From positions 1 to 50,317 of IMG/VR virus record IMGVR_UViG_3300037517_002510: a stretch of 50,317 nucleotides of DNA; one strand, 5' to 3'. Below, one piece after another: positions 19,072 through 29,400 of the stretch. This DNA is from a virus (taxonomy: Duplodnaviria > Caudoviricetes). The notes under the pieces were generated by a model. That model was not told where the DNA came from. It saw nothing but the letters and a program-made list of their open reading frames with translations, and searched no databases. Numbering within the stretch: the stretch's first letter is position 1; each line of letters begins with the position of its first letter. The translations under genes and the position numbers were made by a program.

Positions 19072-20073
19072 ATGCCAGAAGTTGTCCTGACACCCGGAGT
19101 CCTGCCGCAGCCACAGTGCTACGCGGACGAGCAATCCCGCTTTGAGGCGTATGTGGCGGCAATCATCACGTCGCTTACGGGCGGGCTGCAATGGACTGCC
19201 AGCACGACGGCGCCCACTGACCTGACGCAGTATTGGCTGAAGACCGATACATCGAACCCGGGCGACCCGACGTATGCCCGCGGGCTGGAAATCCTGAAGT
19301 GGTCGGTCCCGGATGCCGCTTGGGTTCGGGTGTTCTCGGTGCCCTCCTCGACGGGCGTCATCGGCGGGGTGGTGAACTCCTTCACGCTGACGCACTCGCC
19401 GCCCTACATCACCGCGGCATCGGCTTACCGGGTGGGGCAGGTTTACGTCTTCATCGCCAACAATGCCATCACGGGTGCCAGCACGCTGAACGTGGACGGC
19501 CTCGGCGCCAAGGCGATCAAGAAGCGGGTCACCGTGGACTTGGCTGAAAACGACATCCTTGAGGACCAGATGGTGTCCGTGATCTTCGATGGCACGAACT
19601 TCCAGATGCTCTCGGAAGCCTCGACCTACGACCTGTCGAACTTTCCGGGTGGGGAGTTTGGGGAGGTGCTGAAAATGGTTGGACCGTATCCAAGCGTGAC
19701 GGTGGATTGGGATAGTTTTGCATTTGCGTCGGATTTGCAGGCATTCCCAGCAACCCAAGGGGCCGCTGCTACGCCGGTTTCCCACAATTTTTCATCCCAG
19801 CCATCATGGTATAGATGGGTAGCGGTGTGTAACACCCCGGAACATGGCTATCTTGCAAACGAGGAAGTTCCTACCGATTGCCTCATTGAGTCAAACGCCT
19901 CCAGCACGACATCGCAGTTTAGCACGCAATGGGTCGACACTGTGAACGGGACTTTGAATTTGCGCCGCGCAAACATTGGCGTGAATACCGTTTACATGCT
20001 GTCCAAAACAGCCGGGGCGCTGTCGGTTTTGACTCCCGGTAGCTGGAGGCTGAAAGTTTACTACGCCCGATAA
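19072..20073 (+). CDS. Tail fibre-like protein
   Basis: TGASTLNVDGLGAKAIKK...VIFDGTNFQML segment, common in phage tail fibres. Confidence 0.65.
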   Translation: MPEVVLTPGVLPQPQCYADEQSRFEAYVAAIITSLTGGLQWTASTTAPTDLTQYWLKTDTSNPGDPTYARGLEILKWSVPDAAWVRVFSVPSSTGVIGGVVNSFTLTHSPPYITAASAYRVGQVYVFIANNAITGASTLNVDGLGAKAIKKRVTVDLAENDILEDQMVSVIFDGTNFQMLSEASTYDLSNFPGGEFGEVLKMVGPYPSVTVDWDSFAFASDLQAFPATQGAAATPVSHNFSSQPSWYRWVAVCNTPEHGYLANEEVPTDCLIESNASSTTSQFSTQWVDTVNGTLNLRRANIGVNTVYMLSKTAGALSVLTPGSWRLKVYYAR

Positions 20074-20076
20074 CCC

Positions 20077-21120
20077 ATGAGGAAAACCCTTCTCCAAGCC
20101 AAGTCTGGGACCATTCCGCAAGCAGTGGGTTATGCCGCCTGTGACAGCAGGTTCGTGATGCTGCTCAACGAGGCGCAGTCCCGCCTTGCTGACATGGGAA
20201 AGTGGTGGGGCACCTACAAGCGCATGCGGATTTGCGTTACCGCAGGCTGCATTACATGGCCCCGCGAGGTGAAGACCGTCGAGGCGATGAACGTGTGCGG
20301 CATGGGGATTCCGGTTCAGAACGGGTGGTATGAGTTCCAGCAGGACGTGCCAGCACCGGGAATCGGGTGCGAATCGTGCGAGCAACGGCAGCTACTTGAC
20401 CGCGGAATGGTGACTCAGTATCGGGATTTTACGGGGCTTTCCAAGGTTCGCATCTACGCCTCGTCAGCAAGCGACTACGGCAAGCGCGTGCTGCTTCAGG
20501 GAATCGACGCCAACGGCGATGCCATAAGGACGTTGGACGCAGTTTCCGGGGACTACGTCTGGGGCGAATACGTCACGCTGGCCGCCGGGTTCGTGGAGAC
20601 GACCAACTCCTTTGCGTCCCCGCTCCTCACCGGGGCACAGAAGGCGGTGACCAACGGGCGGCTCACGGTCACGGGCGTCAACGTGGTGTCGGCGGTTGAA
20701 ACCGAGGTTGCCGTGTGGGAGCCCGCCGAGGAGAACCCGCAGTATCGCCGGACCTACCTCGTCAACCGTCCGACCGGATGCAACGACGGAAGCTGCTCCG
20801 ACGGTGGCGACGGCTGCACCCCGGCGGTCACGGACTGCACCGGGTCGATGATGGAAGCAATCGTCCGGCTGGAGTTCGTGCCGGCGGCGGTGGACTCCGA
20901 CTGGCTTTTCATCGGGAACCTGCAAGGGCTGAAGCACATGATGCGCGCCATCCAGAAGGAGGACCGCAACGAATACAACGAGGCGGAGCGGGAGATTCAG
21001 CTTGCGCTCCGGGCGCTTCGGAATGAACTCGAAGCGTATTCCCCGAAGGAACGAACCGTCGTGAACGTGTTGTCGTATGGAACTGCAAACCCCCGAAAAA
21101 TCTTCTCCGGATTCATCTGA
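20077..21120 (+). CDS. Putative head-tail adaptor protein
   Basis: 347 aa, helical termini (LLNEAQSRL) around a beta core; position in the tail operon. Confidence 0.5.
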   Translation: MRKTLLQAKSGTIPQAVGYAACDSRFVMLLNEAQSRLADMGKWWGTYKRMRICVTAGCITWPREVKTVEAMNVCGMGIPVQNGWYEFQQDVPAPGIGCESCEQRQLLDRGMVTQYRDFTGLSKVRIYASSASDYGKRVLLQGIDANGDAIRTLDAVSGDYVWGEYVTLAAGFVETTNSFASPLLTGAQKAVTNGRLTVTGVNVVSAVETEVAVWEPAEENPQYRRTYLVNRPTGCNDGSCSDGGDGCTPAVTDCTGSMMEAIVRLEFVPAAVDSDWLFIGNLQGLKHMMRAIQKEDRNEYNEAEREIQLALRALRNELEAYSPKERTVVNVLSYGTANPRKIFSGFI

Positions 21121-21601
21121 GGTGCTGGCCACGGCAACGTGGGCGGACTTCATCTTTGAACCGGGCATCAGCTTCGACGAGGCGCTGACTCGCTGGGAAG
21201 CGTTCATTATCCGCACCGGCACGGAGGAGCTGTCGGACGAGGACTGCCCGCTTCAGCACAACTTCCCGGACGGGCTTTACACCCGGGAGCTTTTCATGCC
21301 AGCAGGCTCGGTCATTACCAGCCTTGTCCACCGGTTCGACAACCCGTTCTTCATCCTGAAGGGCAAGGTCACCGTGCTCAGTGAGAACGAAGGCCGGGTC
21401 ACCTACATTGGTCCGTGCTACGGCATCACCAAGCCCGGGACGCGGCGGCTGCTTTTGGTCCAAGAGGACACCATCTGGGTCACGGTTCACCCGAACCCGG
21501 AAAACATCAAAGACGTTCCTACGCTGGAAAACCGGCTGACTTTCGTGAAAGAAAACCCGTATCTGGAGGAGAAAACATGTCATTCATTGCCGTCGGAGTA
21601 G
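21077..21601 (+). CDS. Cupin-fold protein
   Basis: PLQHNFPDGLYTRELFMPAG...VH...PFFILKG...TVH, the phage cupin that typically precedes ejection genes. Confidence 0.75.
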   Translation: MELQTPEKSSPDSSEVLATATWADFIFEPGISFDEALTRWEAFIIRTGTEELSDEDCPLQHNFPDGLYTRELFMPAGSVITSLVHRFDNPFFILKGKVTVLSENEGRVTYIGPCYGITKPGTRRLLLVQEDTIWVTVHPNPENIKDVPTLENRLTFVKENPYLEEKTCHSLPSE

Positions 21602-22344
21602 GGGCTGGACTCCTCGTGGGTGGAACCGCCATGTCCGCCAACGCCGCCAAAAAGAAGAAGCAGGGCATGAACGCGATTGCGAACACGCCCGGCTTGGACC
21701 TTGCCAGCATGATTTCGGAGTCGTCGGGGCTGGCCCCGCAGACGCAGCGGCTGGAGTCGGAACGGAACGTGTTCAACCAGCAGCAGATGCAAGCCATGCT
21801 GGCAGCAGGCATTCCGGGCTTCGCCGAAATGCAGAAGCAGCGCGGCGGGAACGCCCTGTCCCTTCTGCGCGGTGAGCTGCCACCGGACATTGCCCAGCTC
21901 GTTGCCCGGCGCGGCGCCGCGAAGTCGCTGGCCGGCGGCTACGGTGGCAGCCAAGCGGCGTCAAACCTGACGGCCCGTGACCTTGGCCGCACGTCACTGG
22001 ACATGATGCAGCTCGGCAGCCGGGAGGCGCAGGGGTTGATTTCAGGAACCCCGATGCCGCAGCTCGCCAACTTCATGTTCACCCCGGGCGACATTGCCGG
22101 GCTGCGTTCCAGCGAGCGGACGCAGAAGCTCAACATGCAGATGTCCGCGATGGGCATGCCCGGCCCGGGTGAGATTTGGGGCAAGCAGATGCAGCAGACC
22201 GGCGGTGGAATGCTGTCGATGGGGGTGGGCAATCTGGGAGGAGCACCAAGCACCACGCCCGTCTCCATGCCCAGCTACACCCCGATGAACACCGGCTCGT
22301 CCGGCGGTTATTATCCGGGCGGAATCAGCCCTTACGGAGGCTAA
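21577..22344 (+). CDS. Internal virion / DNA ejection protein (small)
   Basis: Hydrophobic Gly/Ala N-terminus MSFIAVGVGAGLLVGG; Gln/Gly/Met-rich. Confidence 0.6.
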   Translation: MSFIAVGVGAGLLVGGTAMSANAAKKKKQGMNAIANTPGLDLASMISESSGLAPQTQRLESERNVFNQQQMQAMLAAGIPGFAEMQKQRGGNALSLLRGELPPDIAQLVARRGAAKSLAGGYGGSQAASNLTARDLGRTSLDMMQLGSREAQGLISGTPMPQLANFMFTPGDIAGLRSSERTQKLNMQMSAMGMPGPGEIWGKQMQQTGGGMLSMGVGNLGGAPSTTPVSMPSYTPMNTGSSGGYYPGGISPYGG

Positions 22345-22348
22345 CATT

Positions 22349-23395
22349 ATGCCAGCAATCCAAGCAAACTTCGGCCTGTCCATGCCCCGCACCGCGGGCG
22401 CTGACGAATACGTGGAGCGTCTGCCCGACCTCGGTGCGGCCTACCGCTCCGGGCAGCAGCTCCAGATGCAGCGGAAGCGGCAGGAGCTTGAGGAAGCCGA
22501 CCTGCTTTACCGGCGTGGCCAGCAGGAGCAGCAACGCCGCGACCAGATGGCACAGCGTTATGGGGACAGCCTGATCATTGACCCCGAGTCGGGTGCCATC
22601 GACGTGCCAGCATCCGAGCGCGCCCTTCAGCAGCGGACCATCAAGGAGAAGGGGGCGTTCCAGTTCGGCTACCAGTATGGCTTGAGCCCGAAGGCTTCGG
22701 TGCTGACGCCGGACGAGGAGATGTTGCTGAACACTCCGCAAGGTCGGGCCGGGCTGGCGTCGGCCATGTCGAAGGCGGCGGAGCAGGACCGGGGGTTCAT
22801 GGACAAGATGGCGATGGATGCAGCGTTGCTCAAGCAGCGCACCGACAGCGCGGAGAAGATTGCACAACAGCGTTCCAACGATGCCTTCGTTAGGACAATT
22901 CTCGGAGGTAGTAGGGGGGCAGGTGGAGCGACGAAGGAGGCCATCTATTCATGGACGGAGCCTGACGGCTCAAAGGGCAGGGGCACCTTGGCGGCGAAAG
23001 AGGCCGCCACGGCGCGGGTAAAACTAGCGGAACAGGAGGCAGACGCGATGCAATTTCTGGATGCCACCGTCACGCACTACGAAAACCAGCTCAAGGCGCT
23101 GCGGGAGTTCAGGGCCAAGGGCATCGACATCGACCTTGAAGACGAGGACACCGACCGCCCGTATGTCGAGGAAAGCAACATGTTCACGACCAGCGACAAC
23201 GCGGCGGAAGCCGAGGCTATTCTCAGGAAGGGACTGGAGAGGGCGCGCAAGGAGCAGAGAAAGGCCCGTTCTGCGTGGTCAAATGCTGGCGTTGGGGTGC
23301 TGAAAAATGATGCTGGCAGCGAAGGTTCCGGCGATACGATTCGGATTGGTGACGATGGTTCGCCCCAAAAGGAAATCCTAGACTCGTTGGAGTAA
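22349..23395 (+). CDS. Internal virion / ejection protein (medium)
   Basis: 348 aa, helical and charged, between the small and giant ejection genes. Confidence 0.55.
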   Translation: MPAIQANFGLSMPRTAGADEYVERLPDLGAAYRSGQQLQMQRKRQELEEADLLYRRGQQEQQRRDQMAQRYGDSLIIDPESGAIDVPASERALQQRTIKEKGAFQFGYQYGLSPKASVLTPDEEMLLNTPQGRAGLASAMSKAAEQDRGFMDKMAMDAALLKQRTDSAEKIAQQRSNDAFVRTILGGSRGAGGATKEAIYSWTEPDGSKGRGTLAAKEAATARVKLAEQEADAMQFLDATVTHYENQLKALREFRAKGIDIDLEDEDTDRPYVEESNMFTTSDNAAEAEAILRKGLERARKEQRKARSAWSNAGVGVLKNDAGSEGSGDTIRIGDDGSPQKEILDSLE

Positions 23396-23401
23396 CACCA
23401 C

Positions 23402-26400
23402 ATGGGCGTCATCCTAGATTTCGGAAAAGAGTTGGGCACGATGGAGCTGCCCGACGACATGACCCGCAAGCAGGCGGAGGAGTTCGCCCGCGTCAACGGC
23501 AAGGAGCTGCGGAAGCAGCGCATCGCCGAGCGCATGGCGGAGCAAGAGCTGGAGACTCGCGTGGACGAGCGCATGGCCGGCAAGCCCAGCCTGTATGAAC
23601 GCCTTGGCGACTTCGCCATCGCCATCCCGCGGTCGGCACAGGAGATGGCTGGCGGTGCCGTGCGGAACGTCGGCCGATACCTAAGCCAAGCGCCGCTGCC
23701 GCAAGACCCGAACTCGTTTGATTCGTTCGTCGCCGAGGAAAACCTAAGGCGTAGGAAGCGCACTCAAACGGAAGCCGAAGCCGAGTTTAACGCCAACCCA
23801 TTCACGCAGGCCGGCGAGGACATCATGGAAGGCGCCGGGGACAGGTTCCCGGTGGTTCCCGGCCGTGAAGGCACGCTTGCGGTGCAAGTCGGCAGCGGCG
23901 TTGGTTCGGTGCTTGGACTGGCCCCGGCGGTTGCCACCGGCCCGATGGCCCCGGTGACTGCCGGCCTGATGTATGGCGCCTCTGCCGGCGAGTCAGCCGC
24001 GATGGACGCGGACCAAGTCATCAAGCAGAAGATTGCAGCGGCGCTGTCCGTGGGCGACACCGGCACAGCCGCCGAGCTGGAGCGCACCCGGTTCCAGAAG
24101 CAGAACATCGCGGCGGCGGTCACCGCCCCCATCGGTGCTGTCACGGAGGCAACCCTTGGCGTCGGCCCGGCGCTCATGCGCCGGATTGCCGGCAAGAAGG
24201 CCGCGGCCGGGATTGGCGTCCGCATTGCCGAGAAGCTGGTCGGCCGGAACGTCCCGGCATGGGCCGCCAAGCGGGCCGGCGGGGCGGTGGAAGGCTTCGG
24301 CCGGGAAATGCTTCAGGAAGGTTCCGAGCAGGGGCTTTCCAACGCGGCGGCGAACATGGTCTATGACCCGGACCGGAACATCACCGACGGCATGGCGGAG
24401 GCCATGATTGCAGGCGGCCTGACCGGCAAGCTGGTAGGCGGCACGTTCGGTGTGGACTTGGAAGCTGCCCAGCAGCTTGCCAGCACGGGCGCAATCCCGT
24501 CGATGCCGCTGCCCAGCTCCACCAAGCAGGTGCTTCAGACCCAGCCACAGCCGGCCGCGGCGGAGGTTATCGAGGTGGAGGCGAAGGTTGTGGCTGAGGA
24601 GGAGGAAGGGGACGTTGTTGGCGCAGAATCGAAGCGTCAGCGCGAAGTGGACGCGGCCATGAAGGCGGCCGACGAATCGCGGAAGGCTGTTACCGGAGAA
24701 ACCGAGCTGGTCATGGACGAGGCAGGGAACGTGACGGCGGTGCCGGTAGAGGCTGCCGCGCCGGTTGCGCCCGCTTCCGCTGTTTCTGCACCTGCAAATG
24801 CAACAAGTTGGACGGTTGAAGAACCCAACTTGGAACTTCAAAGCAAGAATCGGGAAGAATTTTTAGCACAACTTCCAGAGGACGAACGTGAAGAATGGGG
24901 CAAGCAATTTGACCGGTGGGGCGTAGATCAAACGCTTGTATCAAGAGTTGAATACCTTGAAGATGCATTGCAACAGGCCGCAAGCGGTGACGTTCCCCTG
25001 ATTCAAGCAATGCAGGACGAGCAGCGCCGGCAAAAGCTTTCGCTTCCGGAGTATTGGGCCAAGCTGGAATCTGCCTATTCAGTATATTACGACGAGTCTG
25101 GCCTGCGTAAGCCATCGCCAAAAAAGTCAGCGTTGCGGAAATTGCCGGCCCCTGTTCCAACCGAAACCCAACCTGTAGCTACCAATGCCGTTCAAGAACC
25201 GAGCCCAAGTGAAGGCGTGCTTCGCGAAGAAATCCCCGCAATGGGACTGCCGCAAGTGGCTGAAGGAGGGCGGGCTGCCGAAGGAGAAGTCGAAGTCGTT
25301 GGAAAAGAAACGCAGCCCGGAGAAGAACAAGCCCCGGCAGAAACCGCAATAACCCTGAAAGGTCAACAGTGGTTGGCCAGCCCACGCGGTGAGGTTGATT
25401 CAGTAAGCGGAAAAGCTCGCGTCACTCGGTTCAAGGTTCGGAACCCAAAAACCGGCGCCTACGACTACGTTTATGCCCCGGCGGGCGGAAAGGTTTTCGA
25501 TTCGTGGGAGCAGGCTGAAGCGGCTGCCGGCGAGTTCATCACGGAACTCAACAAGCGCGGCGCAAAAACAAGGACGAACGAAAACGGCGAAATCGAATTT
25601 GTCGCAGGGCCGAGTCAGCCGGCGCTGCCAGCAGCAGCCCCGGCGCCGCAGCCTGCCCCGGCTCCTGCCCCCACCCCTGAACGAATCCGTGACGACCTTC
25701 CTGAAGCGCAGCCCATCAAACAGCAGATTGATGAATTGGTGGCTGAAGCTGAACGCCGCCATGCAGCCATGTCGCCGGGGCAGACAAAAGACCTGACTCA
25801 ACCAGTTGATTTGTTGGACGCCGCGGAGAAGGCAAGGCTGAACGCCCTGCAAATGCGGCTGCGCCCAAAGAGCCAAGCAGAAGCCAAGGCAGATGTTCAA
25901 CGGAAGCGAGCCGCTAGGCTCGATGCCCCCGCGGCTCCCGTGGCTCCCGCACCCGCCCCGGAACCCACCGCACCCGCCGAGGACAAGGCGCGGGAGGACT
26001 TCATTGAAACCGTGGAGGATGCGGACTTGAACCTTGCCGAGGCTCCGCGGCTCAAGTCGCTGGTGAAGCAGGCGGTGAAGAAGGGCTACATCACCGAGGC
26101 GGACGCCAACGAAATCCTCCGCATCCAGAAAAGCATTGGTGGCAAGGAGGACACGACCGATGCCTTTGACGAGTTCAAGAGCATGCTTGGCTTGCGGCAG
26201 AAGCAGGCAGCACCGGCTCCCGCTCCTGCCCCCGCCAAGCGCCCCGTCCGCGAGGATGCCGCGGAGTTCGACGCGCTCCTGCTCGAAGCCGGGCCAGAGC
26301 TGGGCTGGGCGGACAACCTCGACGCGCTGGCACCGCAGATGCAGACCGCCAAGATGGATGGCACCACCATCGCGGCGAAGATGGCGCGTTCGACCGAGGT

Positions 26401-29400
26401 GGCCAAGATGCGGAACCGGGCGCTGAAGCAGATGGGGGAAAGCACCGACAAGGCGATGACCCCGACGCGAAAGGCGAAGTTGCTGCCGAAGCTGAAGGCG
26501 TTGGTGGAATCCGAGCGCGCCGCGGCCTCGTTGCAAGACCTCACCACGGAGGCGGAGAACCGGCCGATGGCGATTCCGGCCGGCGAGCTTGGCGTCGGTG
26601 ACGTGCTATCACTGCCGAACAGCCGGACCGCCACCGTGACCGACGTGGATGCGGAGGGCGTGGTCACCATCACCGGGAACGACAACTCTGGTGTTACCGT
26701 TCAGGTTCAGGACGGGCAGACGGTCCACGTCGTTTTCCGCAAGGCCGCGGAGCAGAGCACGGAGTTTGCGCCGAAGGAGGAGGAGCAGCAACCGTGGCAG
26801 ATGACCCGCGCTGAATACGCGGCAGCCGCAAAAACCCGCCCCGAACCGCCATCTATTTTCAAGGCGCTGGATGCAATCTCCAAGCGCAACAACAGGGCAC
26901 CCCACAATCCGGACGCAATCACGGAGCAGGATGTCGCCAAGCTGAAGGCGGACGGGTTGATAACCGGGACAAAAAACTTCAAGCTCACCGAAGATGGACG
27001 CGCCAAGCTGGGTGATTGGCAGATGGACGAGCGCGACAATCGGAACGCAGAGGCGGACGCTTCTGACCGGCATTACGAGCTGGTGCGCGAAGCCGTTGAG
27101 CAGGGCAAGCAGGTGCCGGAGAATGTCGTCGGAGAATACGAAACCCTCGTGCCGCTGGCCACCCCCAAGCCCGCCACTCCGCTGAAGGCTCGCCCGCTTG
27201 AGGTTGTCGAACGGGAAATCGAGGACAACAACGCCCGCATCATGGTCATCGGCGAGGCGTTGCGGGACATCAAGGAAGGCTCCGCGCAGGCCAACGCGCA
27301 GTTCGTGAAGCAGCTTCGCGCCGAGGAGGCAACAAGGCGGAAGACGGTCAAGGATTTGCAGGCGGAGCGGAGCGCGCTGCGGAACCAGCCGACCCCCAAG
27401 CTGGCCGCCGGGGTGAAGCAGGGCGACATGATTGCCAGCACGCAGACCGAGGACTTCGCGCTGGTCGGCGAGCAGGGCACCGACGGAGCCAAGGCGGAGG
27501 CGGAGAAGGCAGCCGCCGCCAAGGCCAAGGCGGAGGCGCAGGCATTGCAGGACAAGCAGCAGCTCGGGCTGTTCACGCCCCGTGAGGAGCAGGCGAAGAT
27601 GGACGCGCTGACGGAGGCGAGCAGTCCGCTTCAGCAGACCGGCCAGAAGGCACTCGACTTCCTAGACAAGCTGGACAAGCAGATCAATCAAGGTCCGTTT
27701 TCCGACCCGCTGTTCCTAGTCCCCATCGCCAAGCTCGCGCTGAAGCTGGCCAAGGCGTTTGTCGCAAACGGCATGAAGCTGGAGGCTGCCATCCGCAAGG
27801 CCATCGCCGATGCCAAGGCGCAGATGCCGAACGAGGAAGTGGACGAGGCGCAACTGGAAGCCGCGTTGCTGAAGGCAGCAGCCGAACCCGAAGCCATCGA
27901 ACCCAGCGCAGCCACGCCCGGGGAACGTGGCGAAAGCCAAGGTGTGTTCGCAGGCAACTACGTCAAGGAGTCGGACGAAGGTTGGGCCAAGCGTGCGAAG
28001 GCGTGGGTGGACAAGTGGCCGGATTTGCTGACGGCCTACGAGAAAACCGTCTCGCCGAAGCAGGCGGAGGCTGGCCTTACCGATGCCATCCGGAAATATG
28101 CGCTGAACGAAATCATGGAGCGCGCCGTGGCCATGCTGAAGGCGCAGAAGAATCCCGTCGAAATGGCGATGGCACGGCAGGTCATTGAAGCATCGGCCAA
28201 GTCATTGCAGTCCATCAGCTCGGATGCCGGCGCAACCCTGTCCGCGTCCAACCTGTCGCAGCGGCGTTACAGCAGCCTGCTCCCGGTGCTGTCACTGTTC
28301 AACCTGATCAACAAGCAGCATCGGAAGCTGTCCTTCCCGGAACTGACCGACGACGTGCTTCGGCAGTGGGCTATCAACACCAAGGCCAAGGCGATTCAGG
28401 AGACGAAGAAGAACCTCTCCGAGGCTGCCGCCATCGTGGCCCGCGAGTTCAAGATTGCCGCCAAGGAACTCGACCTCATCTGGGGTGAGATTTTCAGGTC
28501 TTCACTGAAGAACCAAGATGCCACCAAGCGTGCCATCATGCGTGAAATCCTGAAGCACCCGAAACTTCAGAAGCTATCCGATGACGGTGTGGCCGAACTG
28601 GCCAACCTGCTTGGCCGCGAGTGGGCCAAGGCACACAAGGCGGTCTACCGTTCCGAGTTCTCCAAGCTCATCGAGCTGCCGAAGGTGTCGCAGAACAAGC
28701 GGCTGAAGATGATGAACGCGCTGCCGCGCATCATCATGCTGGCAAACGTCGGCGTGCTGGACAACGCTGCGTTCCGCAACGCCATCGCCCCCGCGTTCGG
28801 GATGCTGACCTTCGACGGCGACCTCGCCAAGCGGGTCATCCAGCTCTCGCAGGAAGCGCAGGAGTTCACGGGCAAGCGGCGCGACCAAGCGGTTGAGAAG
28901 ATTTACCACGAGATGCTGAAGTCGGGTGGCATCAACCCGTGGGAAGTGCTCCGCGACTGGTGGTATGGCGCCGTGCTGTCCGGGTTCCAGACCACGGTGG
29001 ACGATGCGTCGGGCATCCTGAACGGCGGCATTCACACGCTGATGATGGCAGGCATGGCCGGGCGCGGCATGCCCTACGTGTTCAAGGCATACGGCAAGGG
29101 CATGCGGGAGGCGTTGTCCGAGTTCTTCCCGATGCTCTGGCGTGGCGACATGTGGCGGTCCGAGGACTTCAACCAAGAGAAACCGGAGACGGTCCTTGAG
29201 GCGCTGTCCGAAAGCCGGAACCTGTTCAAGAAGGCAATCGGGCAGATGAAATACATGCGCCGCGTGAAGGGCGCCATTGACCACCTGAACGGATTGCCGA
29301 CGCAGCAGGCCGCCATCGCCTTGCTGCTTCACCGCGCTGGCATGACGGCGGAGCTGAAGCGCATGCTGGACCCGACGCCCGATGACATCCGGCTGGCCCG

